Assembly (NCBI RefSeq): GCF_020745735.1
Contig: NC_083401.1
Location: 143,217,740 to 143,281,739, forward strand
Source: Hemiscyllium ocellatum
Lineage: Eukaryota
Direction of reading: 5' to 3'
Length of the DNA: 64,000 nucleotides
Shown: one piece after another, positions 13,665-24,074 of the stretch
Layout: the number at the start of each line of letters is the position of its first letter
How positions within the stretch are numbered: the stretch's first letter is position 1
Position numbers and translations under genes: made by a program
Notes under the pieces: model-generated
What the model was told of the DNA's origin: nothing
What the model saw: the letters and a program-made list of their open reading frames with translations, nothing else
Databases searched by the model: none

Positions 13665-13970
13665 GAGAAAGTGAGGACTGCAGATGTTGGAGCTCAGAGT
13701 CAAGAGTGTGCTGCTGGGAAAGCACAGCAGATTAGGCAGCATCCAAAGAGCAGGAGAATCGATGTTTTGAGCATACGGCGTTCATCAGGAATGATGCCTG
13801 TGGGCCGGAGCTGAGAGATAAATGGGAGGGGTGGGGTGGATGGAAGGTAGTTGAGAGAGTGATAGATGGATGAAGGTGAGGAAGAAGGTGATGGACAGGG
13901 GAGGAGTGATGGACAGTTTTGGAGGGCTGTGCCGAGTTGGAGGCTTGGGAGTAGGATAATGTTGAGGGAG
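13665..13970 (-). mobile_element. Penelope 3' end / terminal repeat (family A)
   Basis: Reverse complement of about 51000-51330. TCATCAG at 13782-13788. Confidence 0.85.
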
Positions 13971-14224
13971 CTTGTCTGTCTTATTCTTCAGGTCCTTGCA
14001 TGAAAATAGATTCTACTTAGCCTTACTAAATCCACTTCTTTCTTATCTAGATTATGTTTCCTCTGCCTTGCAGACTTATTTGCATTTTAACTTTTAATTC
14101 CATCTCAGCTTCACTCCAGTCTGAACTATTAGTCAGGATCCCACTCTCCTGCCAATCCAGCTCAAGTCCATCCCAAACATCCAGGGAAGTATTAGTATAG
14201 GTATATTAGGTATATCCTCCCTGA

Positions 14225-14750
14225 GAGGACGTTGTTGTTGGATGAGTACTATAGACACACAAACAGTCAGGAGATAGACAATCAAATATGACATCAAGTT
14301 TCAGAGAAGTGAATGGCATGATAGAAGGAGATTTTAACTAGTCAAGTACTAACCGGAATTGTTCTAGTGTGCACAGTAGGGAGGGAAAGAATTTCTTAAA
14401 TTGCATCAAGGATTTACCAGTAAGTAAAAAGTCCAACTAGGGAGGGGCAGTTATGGACCGAATAATTGGAAATGAACCCAGGCAATTGGAAGGTGTATCA
14501 GTGAGGGAGCATTTTGGAGATAGCACTCGTAACTCAGTTTAGTCGATAGAAAAGAGTCAGGATGGGCCATGAATAAAAGCTCTAAGGAAACTCAAATTTA
14601 ACAAGATAAGAGATGACTTGCCCCAAAAGGACTGGAGCAGCTGCTTACAGATAATACTGTATTAAAGCATGGGGAGACATTCAAGGAAGGAATAGTGTGA
14701 ATACAGGACAAATATGTTCTCATAAATCCAAAAGGAGGAACAATGATGGA
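14225..14750 (+). mobile_element. Old CR1 endonuclease-region remnant
   Basis: GGAGATTTTAAC (GDFN), GAGCATTTTGGAGATAG (EHFGDS). Collinear with 47030-47560. Confidence 0.65.
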
Positions 14751-14894
14751 CTGGTAATTTATTACAAGATATTTATTATGAATAAATAGATTCAAACCAC
14801 AGGTAAACAACAGTCAACTGCTGACATAAACCTTTACTTGTTAAAGCTCTAAACTCACTACAAATACATACAGGGAAAGGGGTCTTGTGGGTTA

Positions 14895-15202
14895 ATCATA
14901 GAATCCCTATATTGTAGAAACAGGCTATTCAGCCTGACATATTGAAGAGCATCTCCGCGCCCCCTCCCTGCAACTCTCATGGCTAATCTACGTAGCCTCC
15001 ACAGCCCGGGATACTATGGGCAATTTAACATGGCCAATCTACTTCACCTGCACATCGTTGGACCGTAGGAGAAAACCAGAGCAAACCCACACCGACACAG
15101 GGGGAATGGGCAAACTCCACACATACAGTCACCTAATTCCACAGCTGGAAGTGAACCTGGGTCCCTGGTGCTTAATAGCAACAGTGCTAGCCATTGTGCC
15201 AG
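14895..15202 (-). mobile_element. HE1-type SINE
   Basis: GGGCAATTTAACATGGCCAAT...CAAACTCCACAC core. Confidence 0.8.
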
Positions 15203-15209
15203 TCAGGTT

Positions 15210-15530
15210 GCTATTGAAAGGATATTTCCTCCTGTGGGAAATTTAGACCTAAGCATCATAGTTTAAAAATAGCATATCATCTATTTAAGACAGAGATGAG
15301 GAAGCATTACTTTCTCTCAGACGATTCTGAGTCTTGGAATTATTTTCAGTAAAAGCAGTGAATGCAGAACCTTTAAATATTTTAATGCAGTGGTAGATGA
15401 ATTCTTGATTACCAAGAGGATGAAAGATCATTGGGATTATACAGGAATGTAGAGCTGAGGCTAAAATCAGACCTTATTGAATGGTGGGGCAGGTTCAACT
15501 AGCTTGGTAGCCAACTATAACTTCTTGTTC
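15210..15530 (+). mobile_element. CR1 3' end, degenerate
   Basis: TTTAAGACAGAGATGAGG..TTCTCTCAGA and a CR1-like tail. Confidence 0.7.
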
Positions 15531-15789
15531 ATAGTACTGGGGAACCCTGGGCATCAATAGACATAAGATTAGGATAAAAATAAACAGAGAAGTCTAGGGG
15601 CGATACAAAAGGCGCCATATGACAGAGTTACTAGAGGAACATAAATAATATAGGAAAGCAAAGAAAATGCACGGGTAGAATACAGGAGAACAAAAGTTTT
15701 GTTTTAATCGTAACACCTCACTGGGGTGACACACTCGAAATCAAACCTTGGTATTAACGAATTTATCAAAAAAATTTTTTTAACCAAAA

Positions 15790-16390
15790 TGTGCAGAATC
15801 CCCAATTTACCTGCCTGATAGATGTAGGGTATTTAAAAAATGGACCAAGTTTCTGTACTTCGCAAGAATTGATTTTAATGCAAATACATAGATTCTCACC
15901 ACAGTTAAATAAGTATATACTGTTGACATACAGCTGTACTTTTTAAAACTTGAACCTTATGGCATACACATACAGAGAGAGAAAAAAAAGTTGTGGATCA
16001 GGGGAGTGGGAGAAAACAAATAACTGGCTGAGCAGTTCAATGGCGCCAATCCTCAGGATTCAATAGCATGTTCCTTTGTTTTCCAAGCCCTTTGGTTCTC
16101 TGAGCTTTCCCTTCAGATTAGCTTATTTATTCACAGGAGGCGCAGAGTGATTCATTCATAAATTATAAAGTTTCTGACTGATCAGCTAAAAGGATAGCTT
16201 ACAACAACTCATGACAGAAAGTAAACTGGCTTTCTTCAGACTGTAGGAATTTTACTGGAGACCCATCATCTGCACTTTCAGCAGTCCCAAGGTTTCTACC
16301 AATATCATTCACACCCACAAGCTGTTCAGCTACTAAGAAACCAATCAGAAAGTTTTTGTCAGGCTGATGACCTTTGGCACCCACAATTGG
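15790..16390. repeat. Unclassified interspersed repeat, possibly a solo LTR; resumes near 17725-17880
   Basis: Shares CCCAATTTACC, GCAGAGTGATT, CTTCAGACT, ACCAATCAG and GCCAAAGCTC in the same order with 18298-19230. Confidence 0.45.
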
Positions 16391-16392
16391 TC

Positions 16393-17725
16393 ATAATAGA
16401 ACATAGAACGTTACAGCGCAGTACAAGCCCTTCGGCCCTTGATGTTGCGCCGACCAGTCATACCAATCTGAAGCCCATCTAACCTACATGTACATCCATA
16501 TGCTTGTCCAATGACGACTTAAGTGCACTTAAAGTTGGCGAATCTACTACTGTTCCATATCCTTACTACTCTTTGAGTAAAGAAACTACCTCTAACATCT
16601 GTCCTATATCTATCACCCCTCAATTTAAAGCTATGCCCCCTCATGCTCGCCATCACCATACTTGGAAAAGGCTCTCCCTGTCCACACTATCTAACCCTCT
16701 AATTATCTTACATGTTTCTATTAAGTCACCTCTCAACCTTCTTCTCTCCAACGAAAACAGTCTCAAGTCCCTCAGCCTTTCCACATAAGACCTTCCCTCC
16801 ATACCAGGCAATGTCCTAGTAAATCTCCTCTGCACCCTTTCCAAAGCTTCCACATCCTTCTTATAATGCGGTGACCAGAACTGTACACAATACTCCACAT
16901 GCTGCCGCACCAGAGTTTTGTACAGCTGTAGCATAACCTCCTGGTTCTGGAACTAAAACACTGTATACCTTCTTAACAACCCTGTCAACCTGGATGGCAA
17001 CTTTCAAGGATCTGTGTCCTTGGACATAGAGATCTCTCTACTCATCTACATTACCAAGAATCTTACCATTAGCCCAGTACTTTGCATTCTGGTTACTCCG
17101 ACCAAAGTGAATCACCCCACACTTGTCTGCATTAAATGCCATTTGCCACCTCTCAGCCCAGCTCTGCAGCTTATCTATGTCTCTCTGTAACCTACAACAT
17201 TCTTCGTCACTATCCATAACTCCACTGACCTTAGTGTCATCTGCAAATTTACTAACCCACCCTTCTACGCCCTCGTCCAGGTTGTTTATAAAAATGACGA
17301 ACAGCAGTGGACCCAACACCGACCTTTGTCCCATCAACCACCACACTCTGTCTTCTTTCAGCAAACCTGTTACTGATCCAAACTGCTATATCTCCCACAA
17401 TCTCATTCCTTCGCATTTTGCACAATAGCCTACTGTGGGGAATCTTATTGAATGCCTTGCTGAAATCCATATACAGCACATCAACCAGTTTACTCTCATC
17501 TACCTGTTTGGTCACCTTCTCAAAGAACTCAATAAGGTTTGTGAGGCACAACCTACCCTTCACAAAACCGTGCTGACTATCCCTAATCAAATTATTATTT
17601 TCTAGATGATTATAAATCCTATCTCTTATAACACTCTTGTTTCTTGTTGGTGTATGTATTTGTTATTTCATGTTCTTTTCCAACACTTTACCAACAACTG
17701 AAGTAAGGATCACTGGTCTATAATT
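16393..17725 (-). mobile_element. CR1 LINE, RT to 3' end
   Basis: SQHGFVKGR, YMDFSKAF, KFADDTK and YKTLVRQHVEYCVQFWSP on the minus strand. Tail at 16393. Confidence 0.93.
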
Positions 17726-17879
17726 CCAAAAAGCATGTTGCCAGCCAAAGCTCACTTTTTTTGCATGCCCTGGTATTGTGCCATCTAATTACTCTTTCCT
17801 CCACTGCTTACAAAGGAATAGTGTAAATGTGAAATACAATGGGTTTCAGTTACTTTTTAAGAGTACAGCAATTCTTTCC

Positions 17880-18250
17880 AGATTGCACTTGCAGAGATAC
17901 AGAGGAGATTTATCAGGTTGTTGCCTGAAGGGTTTGAGTTATGAGAAAAGATTGAATAGGTGGGTTGTTTTCCCTGGAGCCACAAAGGTTGAGTGGTAAG
18001 AGCAAATTACTGCAGATGCTGGAATCTGTACTGAAAGCAAAAAGTGCTGGAGATCACAATGTGTCAGGCCACATCCATGAAGAGAAAGCAATCTTAATTT
18101 TTGAGTTTAGATTACACTTCATTAAAGCTGAAGTTGAGTGTGTTTAAGATTATGAGGGACTTAGATAGGATGGGTAGGAAAACACTTTTTTCAGTAGTAG
18201 AGGGACATTAACCAAGGGGCATAGACTTAAAGTAAGGGATAGAAAGCTAA
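17880..18250 (+). mobile_element. CR1 3' fragment containing a minus-strand PLE terminal fragment (about 18000-18130)
   Basis: CR1 C-terminal coding remnant split by CTGCAGATGCTGGAATCTG... Confidence 0.65.
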
Positions 18251-18297
18251 GATCTCTGCTGTTCCCAAAGTCATCATAAAAATTAAAGACTTTATAA

Positions 18298-19230
18298 ATG
18301 TACACACAATTTCCCAATTTACCTTTATTTTAGACTCAAGTTGACAGAAAACTCAGATTAGGGTTCTGTGCTTAATAAGGATGACTATTTATTGCAAACA
18401 TATATATTATAACCACAGATAAATAAGTATAAACCATTGATATGGAACACCCCTTAGTTCCCCCTGCCCCAAACAAGCACACAAACAGACACAAGGAAAA
18501 CATGGGTGTTATAATTGGAGTGAAAGTCTGTAATGGCAATTCAGTAGTCCTTGTCTGTATGATTTGCTGAGATAATCCTTTTGCAGAATAAAATGCTGTT
18601 TCTTGGTCTTTCTTCTCCAAATGACTTGTTTGCAGATGGTGCAGAGTGATTGGTTCACATGTATACAGGTCTTTGACTTATCAATTAAAAGTCACAGTTT
18701 ACAGCAAACGGAAAGGGGAAACAAACTGTTTATCTTCAGACTCTAGATGCTTTTTGACTGCAGACCAAACACAACTCCTTTCCTCTCAGAGGTCCGATTG
18801 CTTTCTCTCAAATATTGATGTCCCTTAGCTGTTGAGCTGCCTGGGAACCAATTCTGTAGTTGTTGGCTGCCAGAATACTTTGGCATTGACTAATACTCAC
18901 TAGTCCACAGACCAATCAGTTGCTTGTTGCTGGCCAAAGCTCCACAACAACACTTGCAACGAGTGTTAGGATGAAAGATTATAGGGGATATGCAGGAGTG
19001 TAGAATTAAGGCTAAAATCAAATCAGATCTTATTGAACAAAAGAGAAGGCTCAAAGAGCCGAATGGCCTACTCTTGTTTCTTGTTGGTGTATGTATTTGT
19101 TATTTCATGTTCTTAAAGTGCTGCAATTCTTCAACAACCCTGGTTTTTAAAACAGCCCTTTCTCCATTTCAGTCGAAAGATGCAGTAAAATACAACGTTG
19201 TTTTTATACAGTATTTAGATGTTCACTTGT
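18298..19230. repeat. Second copy of the unclassified LTR-like repeat, with a CR1 tail inserted at about 18965-19100
   Basis: Collinear motifs shared with 15790-16390. Confidence 0.45.
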
Positions 19231-19706
19231 GTTACCATAGACTTCAGGGAGCTAGAAAATTGAATTAGTGTATTCAGCTCTTTGTTGATCAGCATGGTCA
19301 GGATAGGCCGAAGGACCTCGTCTGTGGTGTAACTGTCGATGAGTCAAACTGTGGTTTCTGCAGGGAAACCTACGGAGTCATTCTGGCATCCCAGTGGGGC
19401 GAACACGATTCCTGTTATATTTCCAGCTGCAGTAAAAACAAATCTGCACCTTTCATCATCTCCTCCCCCCAGAAGCAGACTAATTAGTAATTATTACAAT
19501 GCATTTAAATCAACTGACGGATTGTTCGTAAAATTGTACTCAAATTCCGTTTGGTAAAATAAAATTGTTGAAAACCACAAAGCAGAAAATTCAGTTGTGT
19601 TGATTAAACATTGTCTAGAAAGACCATCGCTCTCCCCAAATCAGGTAATATTGATTTGCATTTGGTTTACATGGCACCTGCTTCTCATATTTTATGGCAA
19701 ATATTA

Positions 19707-19858
19707 TAAGACCATAAGACATAGAAGTGGAAGTAAGGCCATTCGGCCCATCGATTCCACTCCGCCATTCAATCATGACTGATGGACATTTCAACTCCAC
19801 ATACCCGCATTCTCCCCGTAGCCCTTAATTCCTTGTGACATCAAGAATTTATCAATCT
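19707..19858 (-). mobile_element. CR1 3' tail
   Basis: GGCCATTCGGCCCATCG..CCGCCATTCAATCATG, a reverse CR1 tail. Confidence 0.8.
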
Positions 19859-20654
19859 AAATATTCTTGCAGTTTCACTTGTTCCCAAAAAAAAGGAAAT
19901 AAGGGTTGCTCACAATAGTTTTCATTCAAAGAAATTGCCGCAGTTTTTTTCAGGAAGTGCATCTTTTTATGCTCACAACGTGTCAAGTAAACCAAGAAGC
20001 AAGTGTGGTATATTTAAGAAGGGTTTACGCTGGGAGTTGAGGACTTAGATCATGGCGGGTTGATTATATGTATTTCTCTTTTGTTTAGTGTGGTGGAGCG
20101 TCTTTGATAAGACCTGCATTTGTTGCCTTTCTGGAGTGTTTATTTATGTGCCTAAAGTCATATAGAAATGTCATTTTGCGATAAACCGATAATTTTGGCT
20201 GTTTTGTGTCATTCTCAACTAGGTCGGTTTGCATCGAAAGGTGAAAACTACACTATTACATCTTTTTCCAGTGACCTTTCGTTATTATGTGTTCAGTGCT
20301 GGGAGGCATTTTAATTGAAGGATTCTCTTGTTGATAAGTAAGTCTTCCTCACTTGCAGTCTAAAGAAGTCGTATTAAAATCTAAACGATTTTCTGTTTGT
20401 TTTTCCATAAGATTATCAGATCTATAATAGTTCCGGTTTATATTTCAGATCTCCAGCATCTACAGTGCTTTGTTTTGTTTATTTCCTTACTTTTTGAATA
20501 TTTGAGTTACCTTCTTTCTGACTTGGTGTTTTGGTGCTTGATATTGAATGCTTTCATTATCCCACACCCTCCCAGTAAGGTCACTCTGTAATGACCCAGC
20601 TTCTCCTCTACTGTATAGTACAGTATCTGTTCATTTCAGACCAGAACTCCAGAA

Positions 20655-21072
20655 CTCAAAAACTGCATGAATCCATGTAAGAATCTGCAGATCCATTTTT
20701 TAGATTAGAATCAGTCTGAACATTGGGGCACTGACATCCTCTCACAGGGCACCTCACACCTTTAATACATTATCTGGCATGACACCTAATGTTAAAGTTC
20801 ACACGAGAATTTAACTTTAAGAACGTTCTGGAATTTACGTATGAAAGAACTGAAACCAACATGCCCATTCTAAAAGATGAGAGACTTAACAAACAATCCA
20901 GGTCTTTTTCAACATATAATTTCAGTTACATCGCACTATATACTTTTGCTATAAACTATGTGCCCTACGATCTTATGCTCCACAACCACCTGATGAAGGA
21001 GCAGCACTCCAAAAGCTAGTGCTTCCAAATAAACCTATTGGACTATAACCTGGTGTTGTGTAATTTTTAACC
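20655..21072 (+). mobile_element. Penelope-like 3' end / terminal repeat (family B)
   Basis: Hammerhead-like CTGATGAAGGAGCAGCACTCC[A]AAAGCTAGTG. The tail is shared with 6156-6253. Confidence 0.7.
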
Positions 21073-22124
21073 TTGCCTAAAACCTGCTCATTTGCTTCAC
21101 CGAGAGTTATTTTTTTCGATCATTTTTCCGACCTATTATTTACCTTTGAAATCTTACCAATTCCCTTGAGCATGAAGGTGCCTGTAGACCATTTCTTATG
21201 TTCTTAATTTTTTTTGGTAATCTCTTACTGAAACAATGTATTTCAATTTTACTGCAAACTCTTGAGTTTTTATTGCCCATTTCTCTGAGTACCCTTTTTT
21301 CCTCTCGATCTGTTCTAATTTACCCCTATTTTTTCTTTACCGCTTTGTGTGCAACATTGTGTTAACGCATGAGTATAAGTTTTTTTTAAACCGTGGAATC
21401 AAATGAAAATAACATGCTTGCATTATACATTGGGGAATGGATGGTTTCATGTTTTGCTTCATGAAGGCTGTAGCCAATTTTTCAGTTTGACGCAAGCCAG
21501 GAAGCGTTCCTGTGCCTCTAAATGGTTTCTGCTGGAGATGTCCCGCCCCTAGAAAGTGCAGCACACTAGCAAACCCACTCCCAATCCAGTTATTAAATCA
21601 CTGCTTAGTTGTCGTCTATTCAGATCACGACCTTCTTCAACATTCACAGTAAGACACGGGCCAGCTGCATCACGTCAATGTTCCCGTTCTGAGTTGGTCC
21701 CTAAGCCGTCACAGCTTTCAGAATGCAAAATCTTCAATGTAAAAGAGGGATAGTATCGCTCCCGGTCTGTGTGAGCACCAAGAACTCAAATATGTACCAG
21801 TGGTAGATCCCTATAAATAACGCAATTCATTTTTCTGTTCCTCCTCTATTTATTTTCGTTTGTCTCTACCTTCACAATACCAAATTGTGCACGTTTTCCT
21901 CTCTGCCTCTAGTCTATTTATACTTATCGCAGCTTTTCACTGTTTCGACTTATCTACATTTATCACTTTTCACTGTCTAGCTCCTTACTCTACACCCTCG
22001 CATTGTCCAGTTAATGTTATCGATTTTCTCGATTTCTTCCCCATTTCCCTCCCATTGTGTTTTCTAACTTTCAATTTTCATTCTCCACTAACCTTTTCAT
22101 TATTTATCCACGTGCTTTTTAGTT

Positions 22125-22515
22125 ACATTCGACTATGAGTCAGGAAGTTGCTGTCCCATTCAAAGACATGAGTACATTATCCAGACTAATATTCCAGTCC
22201 AATACTGAGAGCACTGCGCTGCCGACAGTGCGATATTTTGAATGAGATCGTAAACGAAAACTTCCTCTGCCCTGTCAGCTGGACACAAAAATTCCAACCA
22301 TCATATTCGATGAAAAGCAGGCCAATATTATCCCAATATTATCAACGGTCAACTAAAAACAGATGGCCTGGTGATCGTTATTTCAATAGGCTTGCTGAGC
22401 ACAAATTGGCTGCTGTGTTTCCTAAATTATAACAGTGGTTCCACTTCGAAAATACTTCAGTTAATTTTAAGGTCCTTAGTTGGACATCCAGAGGGTGTGA
22501 AATGTTTTGTATGTT
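22125..22515 (+). mobile_element. DeuSINE (SacSINE1/AmnSINE1-like), degenerate
   Basis: Recognisable Deu-domain series: CCAGT.CA.TACTGAG, TGAGA..TAAAC, GCCAATATT, GCTTGCTG.GCACAAATTGGCTGC.GTGTTTCCTA, CACTTC.AAA.TACTTCA. Confidence 0.75.
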
Positions 22516-23389
22516 TCTTTCTCGCTTTCAGTCTTTCTATCGTCTGTATCTATGCGATCTCTGTTACACTGTGGCCTTACATCTACGTTGAATATACATG
22601 TACATCTCCCTCTATACCAGTCGATATTTTTAATGTACAAATTTCTATTTTCTCTTAGCTTCCCTGCATTCTTCGACTTTTTCTATAATCATTTTCTCCT
22701 CTTACCAATCTCCGCATTATATAACAATTTCGCTGTCGCTGCTGTTAAATTGTTTCTTTATATTTTCTATTGTAATTACAGCTTTATTGTCGTGATTTTA
22801 CTTTTGCATCTCTTTGTATCCGTGTTCTCATTCGTTCTTAATTATCACACCATGTTCATCTCAATTTTTTCGAATTACATTAATTTCTGCGCACGCCGAA
22901 GTTTTCCTTCTCTTCATTTATTCTCTGTCTAGAATTCTGTATTTGTCTATCTGTAACATCTTTACTTTCCTATAATTTCTCTGAATTAGCATTTGTTTTC
23001 TCGACTGTAACGATATTTTTGCTTTCTGAATGTCACCTTCTCCAGGCAGACTTTGCTTCTCAGCCAACTTCAGTCCTATCACTACACGCCTATTCTCACT
23101 TTTTGTAAATGACTTTCTCTTACTTTTTGCATTTCTCTGCTCATCTGCTTCTCCCAAAGCCTGCCCCAATTCTACCTCTGTGAACCCAGTTCCGTATGGC
23201 TGCATTTGTTCCCACTCTCTCTCTGACTAGCGCTCGGTTGCTGGTTTTATGCTCAGTCTCACTCTATGTGCGCAACACACCCTTTGCTGAAACTTCACAA
23301 TCTCTGCTTGCGCACTCTCTCTGCACCAGTCCCTATGCTCCCCTCCCCATCGTTCGAATGACTCTCTCTCTCCCTGGTGAATGGAGGCC

Positions 23390-23770
23390 GGCTCCCGTGC
23401 GCGTGGCTGTCGACGGCTGGCGCATTCTGATTGGCTGCGGGGACCTCGCGCATTAATGAGCGGCACGTTCCGGCCGCCGCCGGGTTCGGAGCTCGAGCCC
23501 AGAAACAATGGAGAGACTCAGAGAAGGGGAGGGAGAGAATCCTCCGACGTCTGAGAATGGGGGCTCGCGCGGCGAGTGGCAATCCCCTCTCCCACCCCCT
23601 CCACTTTGCGGGCCCGCTGCCGCCCCACCCCCTCCCCACTCTGAGCTGATTGTCTCCCGAGCCTATATAAAGCACGGGGAGACAGGCGTGTGCCAAACAC
23701 ACCGCCGCTTAACCACGATCTCGCTCGAGGAGAGCTGATTGCCGCACCAGGTCGCGTGCCAGTCAGCTGG
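23390..23770 (+). promoter_or_regulatory. neurog2: neurog2 proximal promoter / CpG island
   Basis: TATATAAA at 23664-23671 (TSS expected near 23695). Reverse CCAAT (CTGATTGG) near 23427, CATTAATG near 23451, Sox AACAATG 23504-23510, CGCGTG 23400-23405 and 23753-23758, CAGCTG 23764-23769. GC- and CpG-rich. Confidence 0.8.
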
Positions 23771-23952
23771 TGCACAACATTCATACTTCTCGCAACTCCA
23801 TCTCTATATTATATGAAGTAAACGCCCTTAGGCAAGTCCAATAGAGAGAGAAAGGACAAGTGTTTCCACAGGAGCATTTGAGAAAGGGGAAACAATTACT
23901 TGGGAAAGCATTAGAGGCAGAGAATTAGCACTTTTCATCCATTATTCTGAAA

Positions 23953-24073
23953 GTAAGTTCTGCTGGCATTATTTGCAATTTGTCCACTTTATAACTTATG
24001 GAGTAGATTTACACCCGCCACCCTCCTCTTTAATTGTCTTGTGTTTTTTCTCTCTCGTTTTGTTTTTGCACAG
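23953..24073 (+). other. neurog2: 5'UTR intron of neurog2 (121 nt)
   Basis: Donor AA|GTAAGT at 23953. Polypyrimidine tract and acceptor TTTTTGCACAG|GATG ending at 24073. An intron ending just before the ATG is the usual NEUROG2/3 layout. Confidence 0.8.
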
Positions 24074-24074
24074 G

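Noticed and set aside
22507-22932. 141-aa hydrophobic ORF resembling a membrane protein
   Set aside because: An artefact of T-rich composition.
23973-24074. 34-aa N-terminal extension of the neurogenin ORF
   Set aside because: It starts at TTG inside the predicted intron and translates the polypyrimidine tract. The real start is the ATG at 24075.
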